Assembly (NCBI GenBank): GCA_010093605.1
Contig: MU004185.1
Span: 1,571,334 to 1,635,333 of the forward strand
Length of the DNA: 64,000 nt
Origin: Lophium mytilinum
Taxonomy: Eukaryota
Reading direction: 5' to 3'
In this document: in pieces, positions 11,521-22,606 of the stretch
How positions within the stretch are numbered: the stretch's first letter is position 1
How the letters are laid out: each line of letters opens with the position of its first letter
The notes under the pieces: generated by a model
The model's database searches: none
Told to the model about the DNA's origin: nothing
What the model saw: the letters and a program-made list of their open reading frames with translations, nothing else
Program-made: the position numbers and the translations under genes

Positions 11521-14385
11521 ATGAGTGAGACTTTCCATTGGAGTCTCCCAGGCCTTGACAGAGCTCACTTCACGGCTCTCGCTAACCTCCTCTCCCTTCG
11601 AAATGGCGGGCAAGTCGAAGATGCCCCGCTGCCCGCCGATTTACTAGAAGAGCACGATGAAGACGAGTCAGATGTGGCTAGCGTTAGAACTGCGAAAGCC
11701 GATCAAATTGCTTATTCTGGGCACGATGGCCTAAAAAGGAAGTTTCTGGATTGCCTAGCTGAATTTGCAGCGAACAAGAAAGGCGGGAGGACTGTTGCAA
11801 CCACAGCTATGAAAGAGTCGGAGGATAGTGTGACCTTATGGATTTCACGGAATGAGGGGTTTCCGGAGCTCGACAGATCAGTTTATGATAACTTGAGCGA
11901 GCTGCTGGGGAGGTTGGCCAATAGCAAGGGTAAGCAAGGTACCAAAAAACCACTTCAGAGAACTCGGAGCGATACTTACGTCTGCATGCCTAGGAGATGA
12001 AATTGCCAAGGAAGAACTCTGGAATGAGATGCTCGCATATCATCAGGACCGTATCCAGAGTGACTACATTCCGAGTTTGAGAGCAGATTTCAAGGCTGTG
12101 GGGAACGATGTGCCGATCGACTACAAGCTCTCAGCTTTGCAGCAGCTGGTTTTCGGCGTCGTGAATCCAGGGCAATCTACAATCAACCACTACAGCAAGC
12201 TTATCACAGCCGCTTACGAGCTGCGAATAACGAAGACAGCCGAGGAAACAATGCACATCTCGCCAAATGCTACCTCGAGAACGAAGAAACTATGGGTGGA
12301 TATATGCCTGCTCGCCAGACTCCGAGTCGCCCTCCAAAAGTTTGTAGAGACTGCACACATACTCCCGAGTTTCCACAATGTCACCATCACTCTGCTCGCC
12401 CGAGGCTCGGTTTCGGTCAAGCCTTCTGAACGCCCTCTAGGCTTGAAGCAGATTTTTGATATCCTCAGGCTCGATCTTGATGACTCTACCGTCAAGAGCG
12501 TGATGAATCAAACGTGTACACTCAACCGAGTTCGTCAAGAATTCTCAACACGACAGAAACAGAAGCTCAACGTCCACGCTGAGGTCCAGATGCTGCTGTT
12601 TCTGTGCAGTAGCGAGCCGGCGAATCGGGCTTCATTGCCATACTTTGGATGCAGCAAGTACTGTTGCTTCATGTGTGCGAGATTACTCAAATTTCATGGC
12701 AAGTTTGCGACGAGAGGATGTCATGGGCGCCTCTTTAGGCCATGGACTGTGCCTGAGGCAGCAGGACTTCGGCTTAGTCAAGCTAACCGATTAGTGAGAA
12801 GCTTGATACAACTACAGGAGGACGTCGAGAAAGAACTGAAGTCCAACTTGAAGAGAATCATACGTCAAAAGAGAACTTCAGCTGTTGGTGGGAGCAGCGT
12901 TCAGGCCTACCAAGCTGGAGACACGCGAAAGCGGTCGGACATCCAGCGTCGAGAGCGTGATGCTGAGCAGCAAAGGGTTACTGAGATGTTCAAAAGGTAA
13001 GCGGATACACATGCCCCATGAAGTTACCAACTAGAGAGCAGTTTCATTACAGGGCTAAACACACTAATAGAATGTCCGTTGAAGATACCCAGTCTGTTTC
13101 CCATAGGTCAACTACCACGCGTTCCTCGGAAAACCCCTACGCGGACGATCATCAAGAGCTCGATGACGAACTTGGCGAGTGCCAGGAATGCCCTAGACTG
13201 ACCTCCCGAACGTGCAGCTTTTGCAACAGAGATCTCTTTTGCAGTGAGATCTGCGAGCAGAAGAGATCCGGACCCCACCTCTACACGTGTACCAAGCGCC
13301 CTCTCACGACCGCCGACTCCCTATACAGAAGTCTTGGCAGTGACGTCCTCCCCACAGACGCGGACGTCCTGGAAGACTTCGGCTTCAACCATCTCCCGTC
13401 TTTCGCCGACCAATCCAACCTCATGGGGCTTTACAAAGGTCTATATCTTTCAGACAAGGTGACCGAAGAGGATCTTCACAATTGGCGCACCGAAGGAACC
13501 CTCGTCGCCAACATCAAGGCCTTCTTCTTCCGCATCCCGGAAGCCTATCGCGGCGGCTACTTCCCCTGGTTCTTGGAGCACACCCACATCCTCGAGAAAC
13601 CCCTATCCGGCAAAGAAGCAACCGAGAAAATGGTCGCCACGTTCTTCGACCAAGCGAATTCCTACCTAACCCCCGAAGACCAGGGCAAGAAGCCGCAAGA
13701 ACTGAAACCGGACGCCAAAGCCGCATGCTACTTTATGCTCGCGGAGGTGCTGCACTCTGCGCATCCGAACCCTGTTGAGGAGAACTGGTACACCTTTGGT
13801 TTTTGCACATGCCTTGACGACTATGAAGAAAGGACACTTGGAGGACTGTATCAGAAGCTCCTCATTGGCGACAAACTCTTCCCCGGTGCTGGGTGGAACC
13901 GTGTTTTCAAGATACCCACATTCACAGAATTCTGGCAAGCGTTCGAGGCAGGCTCCCTCATCGAGCTCATGGACTCCTGTGGTCTGAAAGAGGACCAATC
14001 CTCTTTCCGACACCTCGAGTCTTTCCTCTCCACCCCGGCTTCACACCCGTCTGTGTGGGGTCTGAAACAATTTCTAGTAATTAACCAGCCCGCAGAGCAT
14101 CCACCTAGTCCAGCACTGGCAGTTGATTATGGATTCATGAATTGCAGAAGCTTTGAGGAGACGTGTACGCTGATGGAAATATACAAGCGGCTGCTGCAGC
14201 AAGCAGACCCGCTGGATTTGCAGAAAGCATGCCTAGCTGGGAAGCTGTTCGAATTTGCGGAGAAGTATAGTACGATGAAGCCGGAGTGGAGGAGGTTGAT
14301 GGGGAATGTATATCCGTTGCAGGATTTCAACTTAAGTGCAGGACGAGGGTTGGATGGCCCTAAGACGGGAGGATGTTGGAGATGA
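11521..14385 (+). CDS. OTT_1508-like nucleic-acid deaminase fused to a MYND zinc finger and a C-terminal triple-repeat domain (3 exons, ~910 aa)
   Basis: Intron 11930-11993 (phase 1) and intron 12997-13052 or -13070 (phase 2) join ORFs 11521, 12029 and 13018 in frame. Deaminase motifs HAEVQML and FGCSKYCCFMC; MYND CQEC-x7-CSFC-x5-CSEIC-x7-H-x3-C. Confidence 0.85.
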
Positions 14386-14650
14386 AACCACACCATTAAG
14401 CAAGGATGAGGTCCACCTGACGCAAAAGTCAATTCCTAGCTACCGTTCTCTGAAGGATGGATATGTGAATAACCACGGGCTCTGTTAATGCTTTCATATT
14501 TCAATCCTTTCCGATTCTTCAGCTTCCGGGACTGCAGCTCCATCCCCCGCCTCGCGCACGGTCCGGAATGATGACGGGCGCAACTTTTCAGTTTCCCCCC
14601 AATCGTCCTATGGGATTCTAGTCTAAATGTGCGACCGAAATGCCTCCCAA

Positions 14651-15045
14651 CTAACTAACAAGCAACGACAACCTCTTCAAGCAGGAGTACGCCTAATACA
14701 CCGCCCCAGAGCCCGACCCATCGGGCGGGACACCACTCCAGTTCCCATTCGTAGCAGCAAGCATCCAGTCCATATAAACCAGCATAAAGAAGAAGAAAAG
14801 ACCCACAGCCACCGTAATCCACTTCTGGGAAACATCGCGCGAACCTTCACCGCAGCACACATCCCACTGCATCGAGGTACCAGGCCTGGTCGTGCAGACT
14901 GCGAGGAGCAGGCGAGCACCTGGCGGGACCAGGAAGGCGAGCGTGACGGTGCGAACGGCGGGGATGATGTGCCAGAACGTAATGGCGATTTTGAGGCAGG
15001 CGTGCAGGCCGAGGCCGCAGCCGGCGAACCAGATATTGAGAAAAT
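14651..15045 (-). pseudogene. C-terminal remnant of a multi-pass fungal membrane protein, with a premature stop and interrupted by the MITE
   Basis: ...WITVAVGLFFFFMLVYMDWMLAATNGNWSGVPPDG....VY*AYSCLKRLSLLVS*. The TAG at 14693-14695 sits where W is expected in a DW.L....N..G.P...YW.YF..KRL ending that I recall from uncharacterised fungal proteins. Confidence 0.6.
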
Positions 15046-15395
15046 CAGCGAGGGCAGTAATCCGGCCGCTTGAGTTCGAGGGCCTGGATTGGATTGGATT
15101 GAGACGGTTAATTCTAAGATTGATTAAATTAGAATGCAGGTGGATTGATAAATACTGCCAATACCTCCCAAAGCAGTATATATAGTACGGGGCAAGTGGG
15201 GTAAGAACTGGGGGGTATAGTGGTGGCACGGACCAAAAACAACGCGTAAAAGACGTGTTTTCAATCTACCGATCCGATTGAGATTGATTGAAGATTGAAC
15301 GACCTGTGGATTGATTGATTGGATTGACTTAGGGTGCGGATTAACCGCCCGCCCGATGGACGGATTGAGGTTTGGACGGATTACTGCCCACGCTG
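15046..15395. mobile_element. Non-autonomous hAT-type element (MITE), 350 bp
   Basis: Left end CAGCGAGGGCAGTAATCCGGCC versus reverse complement of right end CAGCGTGGGCAGTAATCCGTCC (20/22). Perfect 8-bp TSD GAGAAAAT at 15038-15045 and 15396-15403. Interior rich in GATT/GGATT repeats. Confidence 0.93.
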
Positions 15396-15452
15396 GAGAA
15401 AATTGCCGCATTCGACCATACTCATTTTCTGATTGTAAGAGACGACAACTTC

Positions 15453-17311
15453 TCACTCATACCTCGCCAAGATTCTCTCGAGAGGCTCCACCACCTCAGA
15501 GTATACTGCCTTCCTCAACTCATCTTCATTGAGATCTTGCTTCGCTGTCCCAAAATCCCCATGGATGCACCGGTACGTCAAATTGTCCAGATCAAGCCCA
15601 CCCTCTTCGAGAGCCTGTTCCTGCCATTTCTGTGCTGTGTTAAATCTTGTAAAATCATTCTCAAGTCCGTCAGGACCGAGGTATTTGGACCAGAAGAGAC
15701 ATGTGTCCATAGACATATTGAACCACATTTCGAGTATAAGGATTCCTAGGGACAGAAGCGACGACTTGGTACGTTTACGGTTCATATTTGATGTTGTTGG
15801 AATAAGCGCTGCAGTTGTTGGTGGTAAGCTGGAGGGATAGAAGGTACTATCCAGAGATAAAGACCCAAGATCGACTTTGCCTTGTTTGTCGCGGAAGAAA
15901 TATATGTCATCCTTCGTCCAATCCTCTTTGAGCCAAGGACAATGATATAGCTGCAGAACAACTTTTGCCATTGTCAGCGCAATCTCCAGTCTTTGCTGAC
16001 GACGTAGTCCGTACGAGGTAGGATTATTGGTGGACAACGGTGTATCTTGACGGATGAGATCCATGAGCGTGACACTATCGTGCCATTGAGTGTCAACAGC
16101 AATTGTTTCCTGGGAGTGATACAACGTATGGCAGTCGTTGCCATCACTTCGCAGGTACCCTAGGTGTGGTTTGATCGGATCATACTCCTTCAAAGCCGCA
16201 CAGAGGTCTTGAATCTCGATTGCATCTTTTGGTACCATGGACGCGCTTGACAATCGTCTGCTTGTTTCTTGTTGAAATGACACATTTCGGCTATTTCGAT
16301 TGGCGTCTATGGTGCCGATACTTGGTGCCCTCGTTGGACTGGTTGCGGCAACGTCGGGAAGGCGAGACGTAAGTGCCATGTTCTCATCCAGCTCCGCCAT
16401 CTCGATATCAGCAGCGTACCAGTCATCCTCTGGGCCGACGAGGGTGTGAGAGTTTGACCACGATCTCAGTTTTCGCGGAAAGTAGACCTTGAGTTTAAGC
16501 GACTCTGTTGTGGTGTTCCCACTGGACGATGAATACAGGTGGGTTTCTGGTAAGAACAATTTCGAAGAATGAATGGAGGAGCAGTCGCACTGTAAGGACC
16601 GGTAGATAGCGTTGTGTAGGCTAGATGCCTGTCTTCGGAAATGTTCAAACAATGCTGGGACAGTGGTGTTTCGCTTACGCCGCGTAGGTTGGAGCCGATC
16701 GCTGTTCCCAAGAAGCTGTTGTAAGTTGCTGTTGTATCGCTCGAGCGTATCCATAAGGCGCGCCCTCCGTTTCCTATCTAGAACGTAGACAACTCTCTTA
16801 TACTCGAAGCTCAGACGTGAGAGTCCTTTCGCCCTGCTTTGGGACCAATGCGGCTAATAGACGTGTTAGTCTTCTGAACGCTTCGGCCAATCTACATGAT
16901 AAATAGTACAGGACTGACCTTGTCGTCGGTAATGCTCAGCTTCTTCCGAATCTTCTCCAAAATGCCGAGAATGGCTGGTACAGTAATCATGTAGCTTTCG
17001 TACTCCTGCTTTCCTGGGAGTCGTCTCTTTAGCTTTCCTTCTAGATCGGAGTTTTTCCACTGAGGATCATCCGGATCATCTAGCATGCATCCCATGTGGT
17101 AGTCAGAGTCGACGACTGTAGACAGTAGATCTTCAATATGTTGACGGAAGAATATCTGCTGTCGGATGAAGTCGTTGAGAAACCCATTGAAGTCAGTTCG
17201 AAACCTAACCCATTCCTGCATGGTCTCCAAGCCTTCTCCGTAGTGTTCCAATGCGCTAATGATGAGTGGGAATGATCCAAGAATGAGACCCGCAATCTCC
17301 ACGCCTGACAT
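15453..17311 (-). CDS. HeLo-like N-terminal domain + DUF7580-type kinase-C-lobe-like protein (2 exons, ~597 aa)
   Basis: Start MSGVEIAGLILGSFPLIISALEHY. Intron 16854-16918 joins in frame to ORF 15453-16754. C-terminal RLEIALTMAKVVLQLYHCPWLKEDWTKDDIYFF...LLSLGILILEMWF...RCI..DF; no intact kinase catalytic motifs seen. Confidence 0.8.
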
Positions 17312-18290
17312 GTTGACAGCAACCCGATGTTTGCCTTTACTTAGTGGTCTGTCAAAGCGTTCCACTATCAACGGAAGTGCTTGTTGGGCTAAGAAAAGAT
17401 GAACAATCAATCAAGATTCAAACACTGCAATAGGAACACAACTAGAGTGACAAAGGAGCGTATGTAAAATTGTCGTGAACGTGGAGTGCAAAGACAAGGC
17501 GGATGTGTAAGTTTGACAGACAAGGCGGGGGTGGATGTTCGACGGGAAGAGCGGAAGGTGACTGGGGGCAAAAGACATGGACAGCAACCTTAGGATTCGA
17601 CGTGGCGCTACGTCTGACCTGTTTGCTCGTACTATGCTACATTTGAGCCTCTTTCTTATCTCTAGAGTAATACGATGACTTCTCAGGTGCAGGGTTTTCA
17701 GCTACACCACGGAAGACGTATATCCACTGACCACTTGGACATCCTAGGGAAGCGCCTTGTACCACCTCGTGGCTTTTCTGCCTTTACCGGTGAGCTTGAT
17801 TTCCGCAATGATGGATTTGGATGCTTCAATCAACACGGTCGCTAACGCGTTCCCGCTAGCATGTCTAAAGGTTTCAGCCAATCCACGTTGCCCGCTTTAT
17901 CTACTCTACGTTGTATCTCCTGAGTTTGAGCGCCCTAGAAGCTGCATTCGATGTCGTAGTCGACGCTAGTAAGAGAAGCGAGAAGAAAAGTATGGTCCGA
18001 GGGCGCCAAGATTAGAGAGCTTTAGCTTATTTTCGAACAATCATACTAGTACGGTATACTAATATCCCTACCTATGTTTGCCCCGCCTTCATCAACTGAA
18101 CGACAGCCATCAAGGGGCCCAATCTCTGCTTCTTAAGAGCCTCACATATAGGAATCGCGCCCCCACCAACCGAGTGGATTGATAATCGAATGCCTCCCGC
18201 TCTACAATAGTCCCAACTAGCATCAGTCATTTCGATATTAGAAACGTCATACTTCATACTTGATCTTTGAAAACTCAAGGAGCCTGTACA

Positions 18291-21200
18291 ATGACAGAGA
18301 CAGCTCAATCGAATTCAACCGTTGCTACTCTATCCTTGCAATGCACTCAGCGCTTCACAAGCATCAAAAAAGTGATTTCCGAATCATCTACATCCAGCGC
18401 ATTGTCTTTGCCTGAGGGCTTCGTGGCGTCTGCCTTCCTAGATGTGGTGGCGCGTTTTCGAATCTGGACAGGAAACATTGGAGCACTTCAACAAGGAAAA
18501 GCTTCTTTGGACTATCGTATTCGGCATACTCATGTCCACAATGAAGTCATGCGACTCCTCGGCCAAGCTGTACTGGCTTTGAGAGATTGTAAGGTCTCCT
18601 TCACGGATAGCATACCTTGACTTAAAGCGCTGACGGCTTTTGCAGTGGCAGCCATTGTGAACGGGAGTAAAGAGCAACAAACGTGGTATGAAGGGGAAGG
18701 CATAGCGACCGAATTCACCGATAGCGATATTGATAGCGACAGCGATAGCAGCTCGGTAGGGTCGGATGGTATACCTACGCCTGAAGAAGAAGACCCGCGG
18801 CTTGTCACTGAATCCAGTCAGTTGGTAGTGATGTTGGGTGATTTGGTCAAAAGTCTCCTTAAACTATCTATCGTTATTCAGAAGTCTTCACGACGAGGTA
18901 AATTTGCGCGTTCTTCCCGCGAAAAGGCATACGACACGACCTTCGATATTTTCCATACTTTGGAGTCCTTTCCGTACGCTGCCAATAACAGACCTCTTCT
19001 CGAAAAATTGGGAAAAGCAAACGCCCAGCGTCGACAATGGTTGTCGTATCGACGACGGCATCGCGATAGGCTTTCCTCCCATGACGGGTCAACGTTCGGT
19101 CACTTAGAAGACTCGAGTACGGAACCAGCGGAGACCAGGAGTCGGCTGCCAACGGATCTTGCCTCCACCACGTCCTCTTCTTCCCATCCAGCGTTCAGTT
19201 ACATGACTGCAGATAACTCGACTACAGCTACAACATTTTACGACAGCAATAGAGGTACTGATCCACAATTCGGTACTGACGAAGGGTCCTCCGAGATCTC
19301 ATTTTCCGCGTCTTCAGTTTCTGGTAGAGAGAAGACGCCTTTGCAGATCCCTAGCCTTCCTTCGGAGGCAGCCTCAGGGGATCCTTTCGAGTGCCCATTA
19401 TGTTTCGGCATCATAGCTGTTCCAGGATTGCAGTCTTGGATGTAAGTGCTTTACCCTGGAAGTGCGATAGTAAGATTGACTATGCCTTAGAAAGCATGTG
19501 CACGCGGATTTGGCTTCCGACGTTTGCACATTTGAGAACTGCGCTTCTCCACTTTTCGAGAATCGGGTTCAATGGTTTGAGCATGAGATGCAAAGCCATC
19601 GGAGAGCGTGGAGCTGCGTTTTCTGTGATCTATGGACAACCAACTTGAACGACCTCGAAAGTCATTTGCAGGACTAACATGCTGACCGTATTCCTACTGG
19701 AGAAATGCGAGCAATAGCACGTCAGGGGAGCCTTCCGCTGCAGCGTCTATCAGCATCTTGCCCGCTCTGCGACTACGACGCAACGCTAAGAAGTCGCTTA
19801 GAGACATCGGACCTTCCCGAGCAGGTCACAATTAAGGCAGAACAACTACGTAGCCACTTAGGACGTCATCTCGAACAGCTGGCTCTCTTTGTTCTTCCTA
19901 AGAGCGCATTGATGCACGATGGTGAGAACGAGGAAGATGATCAATACTCCAATCCGGGAGACTTGGACTCTGGAGAGCAGGAATATGAACCCCGAGGACT
20001 GGACTTCGAGCTCGACGAAAACTCATACGACATTGCAAGTATTCTTGCCTCTCACTCAGAAAGTACGCCCCATGTGTTACCAGTCGCTCCTGCGCTAGCA
20101 TTGGGCTGGCAGCCGCCTCATGATTTCACTCCTCCGGCGACATACTTCGAAACAGACGATGAAAATCTTACTCCTCGGCGGGAAGAATCGACATTTGGAG
20201 GTGATCTCTTTACCCCCGGCTGGGTAAGAGGCTATGATAGGAACAAGGAAGGGTATTGCGCCCGCTGTGAAGTTGGACACTGGGTGAACATCCCAAGCGG
20301 AGAATACGAGTTCCATCTAACCTATTTACACGGCCTGCCGAATACAGGACTCCCCCTTCCGAGGCCTTCTGTCATCCGGGAGGTGAACGACAGCCCAGGA
20401 ACCTGGGAGGCTTTTTGCGATATATGCTCTGGGTGGCGTATTTTGAGGAAAACTAAACGAGGGTGGAACTGGTGGCGACATTGTCTTACTGTACGTTGAC
20501 AAGAGCCCCTTCTCATAACAATGACTAACTATGTTTCTAGGAACATGACGCAATAATCAGTGCTGTTTCCGTACTCTCACCAAGTGCCCCCGTCATAACC
20601 TTCTCCCCTGAAGGGGAAAGGATGAAAGAAGCCATCGCGGGCATACGCAAATCTGATCTTGAAGCGTTGAAAACGTTGATCCAAAGGGATCCAGCCATCA
20701 CAACCCAATATGACAGCGACTCCAAGTACTTACTGCATTATGCAGCTGAAGTTGGGCAATCTGACTTCGTTCGACACATTTTGGAAATAGTGCGCAGCTT
20801 GGACTTGGCTCATGGACTTTCAGGTGTCTTAAATGCACAGACTATGAAAGGATCTACTCCGATGATGCTCGCAGCAGAACAGGGAAATCAAGAAGTAGTG
20901 GAGTGTTTGCTTCGAGAAGGCGCCCGTCTTGACATCGCTTCCAGGGACGGCAAAAACGTCTTAGACTACGCGTCCCATGCCGGGTACACTACGATTGCAG
21001 ACTTACTGATCCGGAACGGCGCTCAGGTCAATGATTCTAGAACATTCCGTAAGGTCTACCTAGGTTGCCTCGATGACCCACTGCTCAGCAAGCCGCATCT
21101 CCAAATTGAACCACGATCAGAGAACCTAACGCTCTCTTGGAACGAATTAATGGACCTTGCGTCACGAAACGACGCCACCGGGATACGAGAATGTCTCAAA

Positions 21201-21992
21201 AAGGACATTGACGTTGAAGACACAGCGAAAGACGGGAGCACTGCTTTGATGATCGCTATGTCGAAAGGAAACACTGATGCGGCCGAAGTTCTGCTTGGAA
21301 ACGGAGCCAACCTGAATGCCACGAACTCGAAAGGATGGACGGCACTGATGACAGCAGTCCGCGATGGCAATCTGTCGGTGGTGGACTTTTTGCTGAGTCA
21401 CGGTGCAGATGCTAACCATCTGTCGCCTGATCACTGGACCGCATTGGCGGAAGCCGCGCAAAGTGGACACATCGATATTTTGAAACTGCTGCTTGAGCAC
21501 GACGCAGATACCGAGGCTCGATCGTCTCATGATTGGACCCCTCTGATGCATGCATGTTATCGAGGCGACAAAGCTTGTGTCGACAAGTTGCTTGATGCAG
21601 GCGCTGAAATGGAGAGCGGGTCTCAGCGCGACGAGACTCCGATGCTCTTAGCTGCTGCTGGAGGACACTTTGAAATAGTTCGAGCTCTTCTTGAAGCGGG
21701 CGGTTTGCCCGATGCTGCTTGGGCGCGCAAGATGGTTCCATCAGGATTGCATGTCCATCAAACGACAGATTTTATTGAACGCACATATCAGCTAGGTTGG
21801 ACACCTCTCATGATAGCTTGTCAAAACGGGCATGAAGATGTAGTACGGCTGTTGTTGGAGGCAGGCGCGAACTGCGAACCACGGAGTCCTTTGAACAGGA
21901 CCGCCATGGAGATTGCAAAGGAGAACGGCCGAACTTCGATTTTAGTTGTTTTGGAGTCTCTTCGCTCGACCAGCTCAAACATCTTAGGATAA
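18291..21992 (+). pseudogene. Multidomain gene (helical N-terminus + C2H2 zinc fingers + Rua1_C/DUF4451 + ankyrin repeats) with one in-frame stop
   Basis: Introns 18589-18645, 19442-19490 and 20491-20540 join four ORFs in frame. Motifs: RFRIWTGNIGA...SLDYR; FECPLC...W.KHV..DL...VCTFENC...WFEHE...H; GDLFTPGWVRG...KEGYC..C; about 10 ankyrin repeats (e.g. GWTALMTAV). In-frame TAA at 19675-19677. Confidence 0.8.
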
Positions 21993-22606
21993 CATGCGAG
22001 AGGTATGCGACTTTCCCCAAAGAACTATCGCATCAAGTCCCTGCCTAAGGGCTGCTGTATGAAATCGCAGCTGAGCTTCGCGCATGGTTTCCTAGTCAGT
22101 GCTGTATGTTCAAGTCATGCTGTTGATATGTTGAAGAACCTATCCTTAGCTTTTAATTAATCGTAAACATCATATAGAGCTTCACTCAGCCTAAGTTCTC
22201 AACAATCAGTTCAATCAGTCTGCGGAGGGTGAATTGGATTCAGATTGAAGTGCGGTTTGACGTACGCATCGACAGCGGCTTGCAGGTTTGAGGAGCGCTC
22301 GAGAGCAGCATGAAACGAGTACCAGCGGGTAACTAGTGGCTTCCGGCGGCATTATAGCGAGAAAGGTAGCGTAGAGGCGCGGTTTACAATAAAGGCGTGG
22401 TGGATGGAAAACAACGCGCTGGGACCACGCGAAAAAGAATCGATTAATTCAATCAGGCAGGTCATACAGATTTGTTGTTGACCAGTCTGTACTCAGGCAT
22501 ATCAAGTCTTGGTAGTCAACAGAGAGCATGTGACTGAGGTGGCCGTTGATTCATTGCATACATATAGTGCATATGGACAGACAATCCCCGAGGGTAGAGC
22601 CCGGCA

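Noticed and set aside
22170..22460. Second hAT MITE (CAATC/GATT-rich ends)
   Set aside because: No convincing TIR pair or TSD found by eye.
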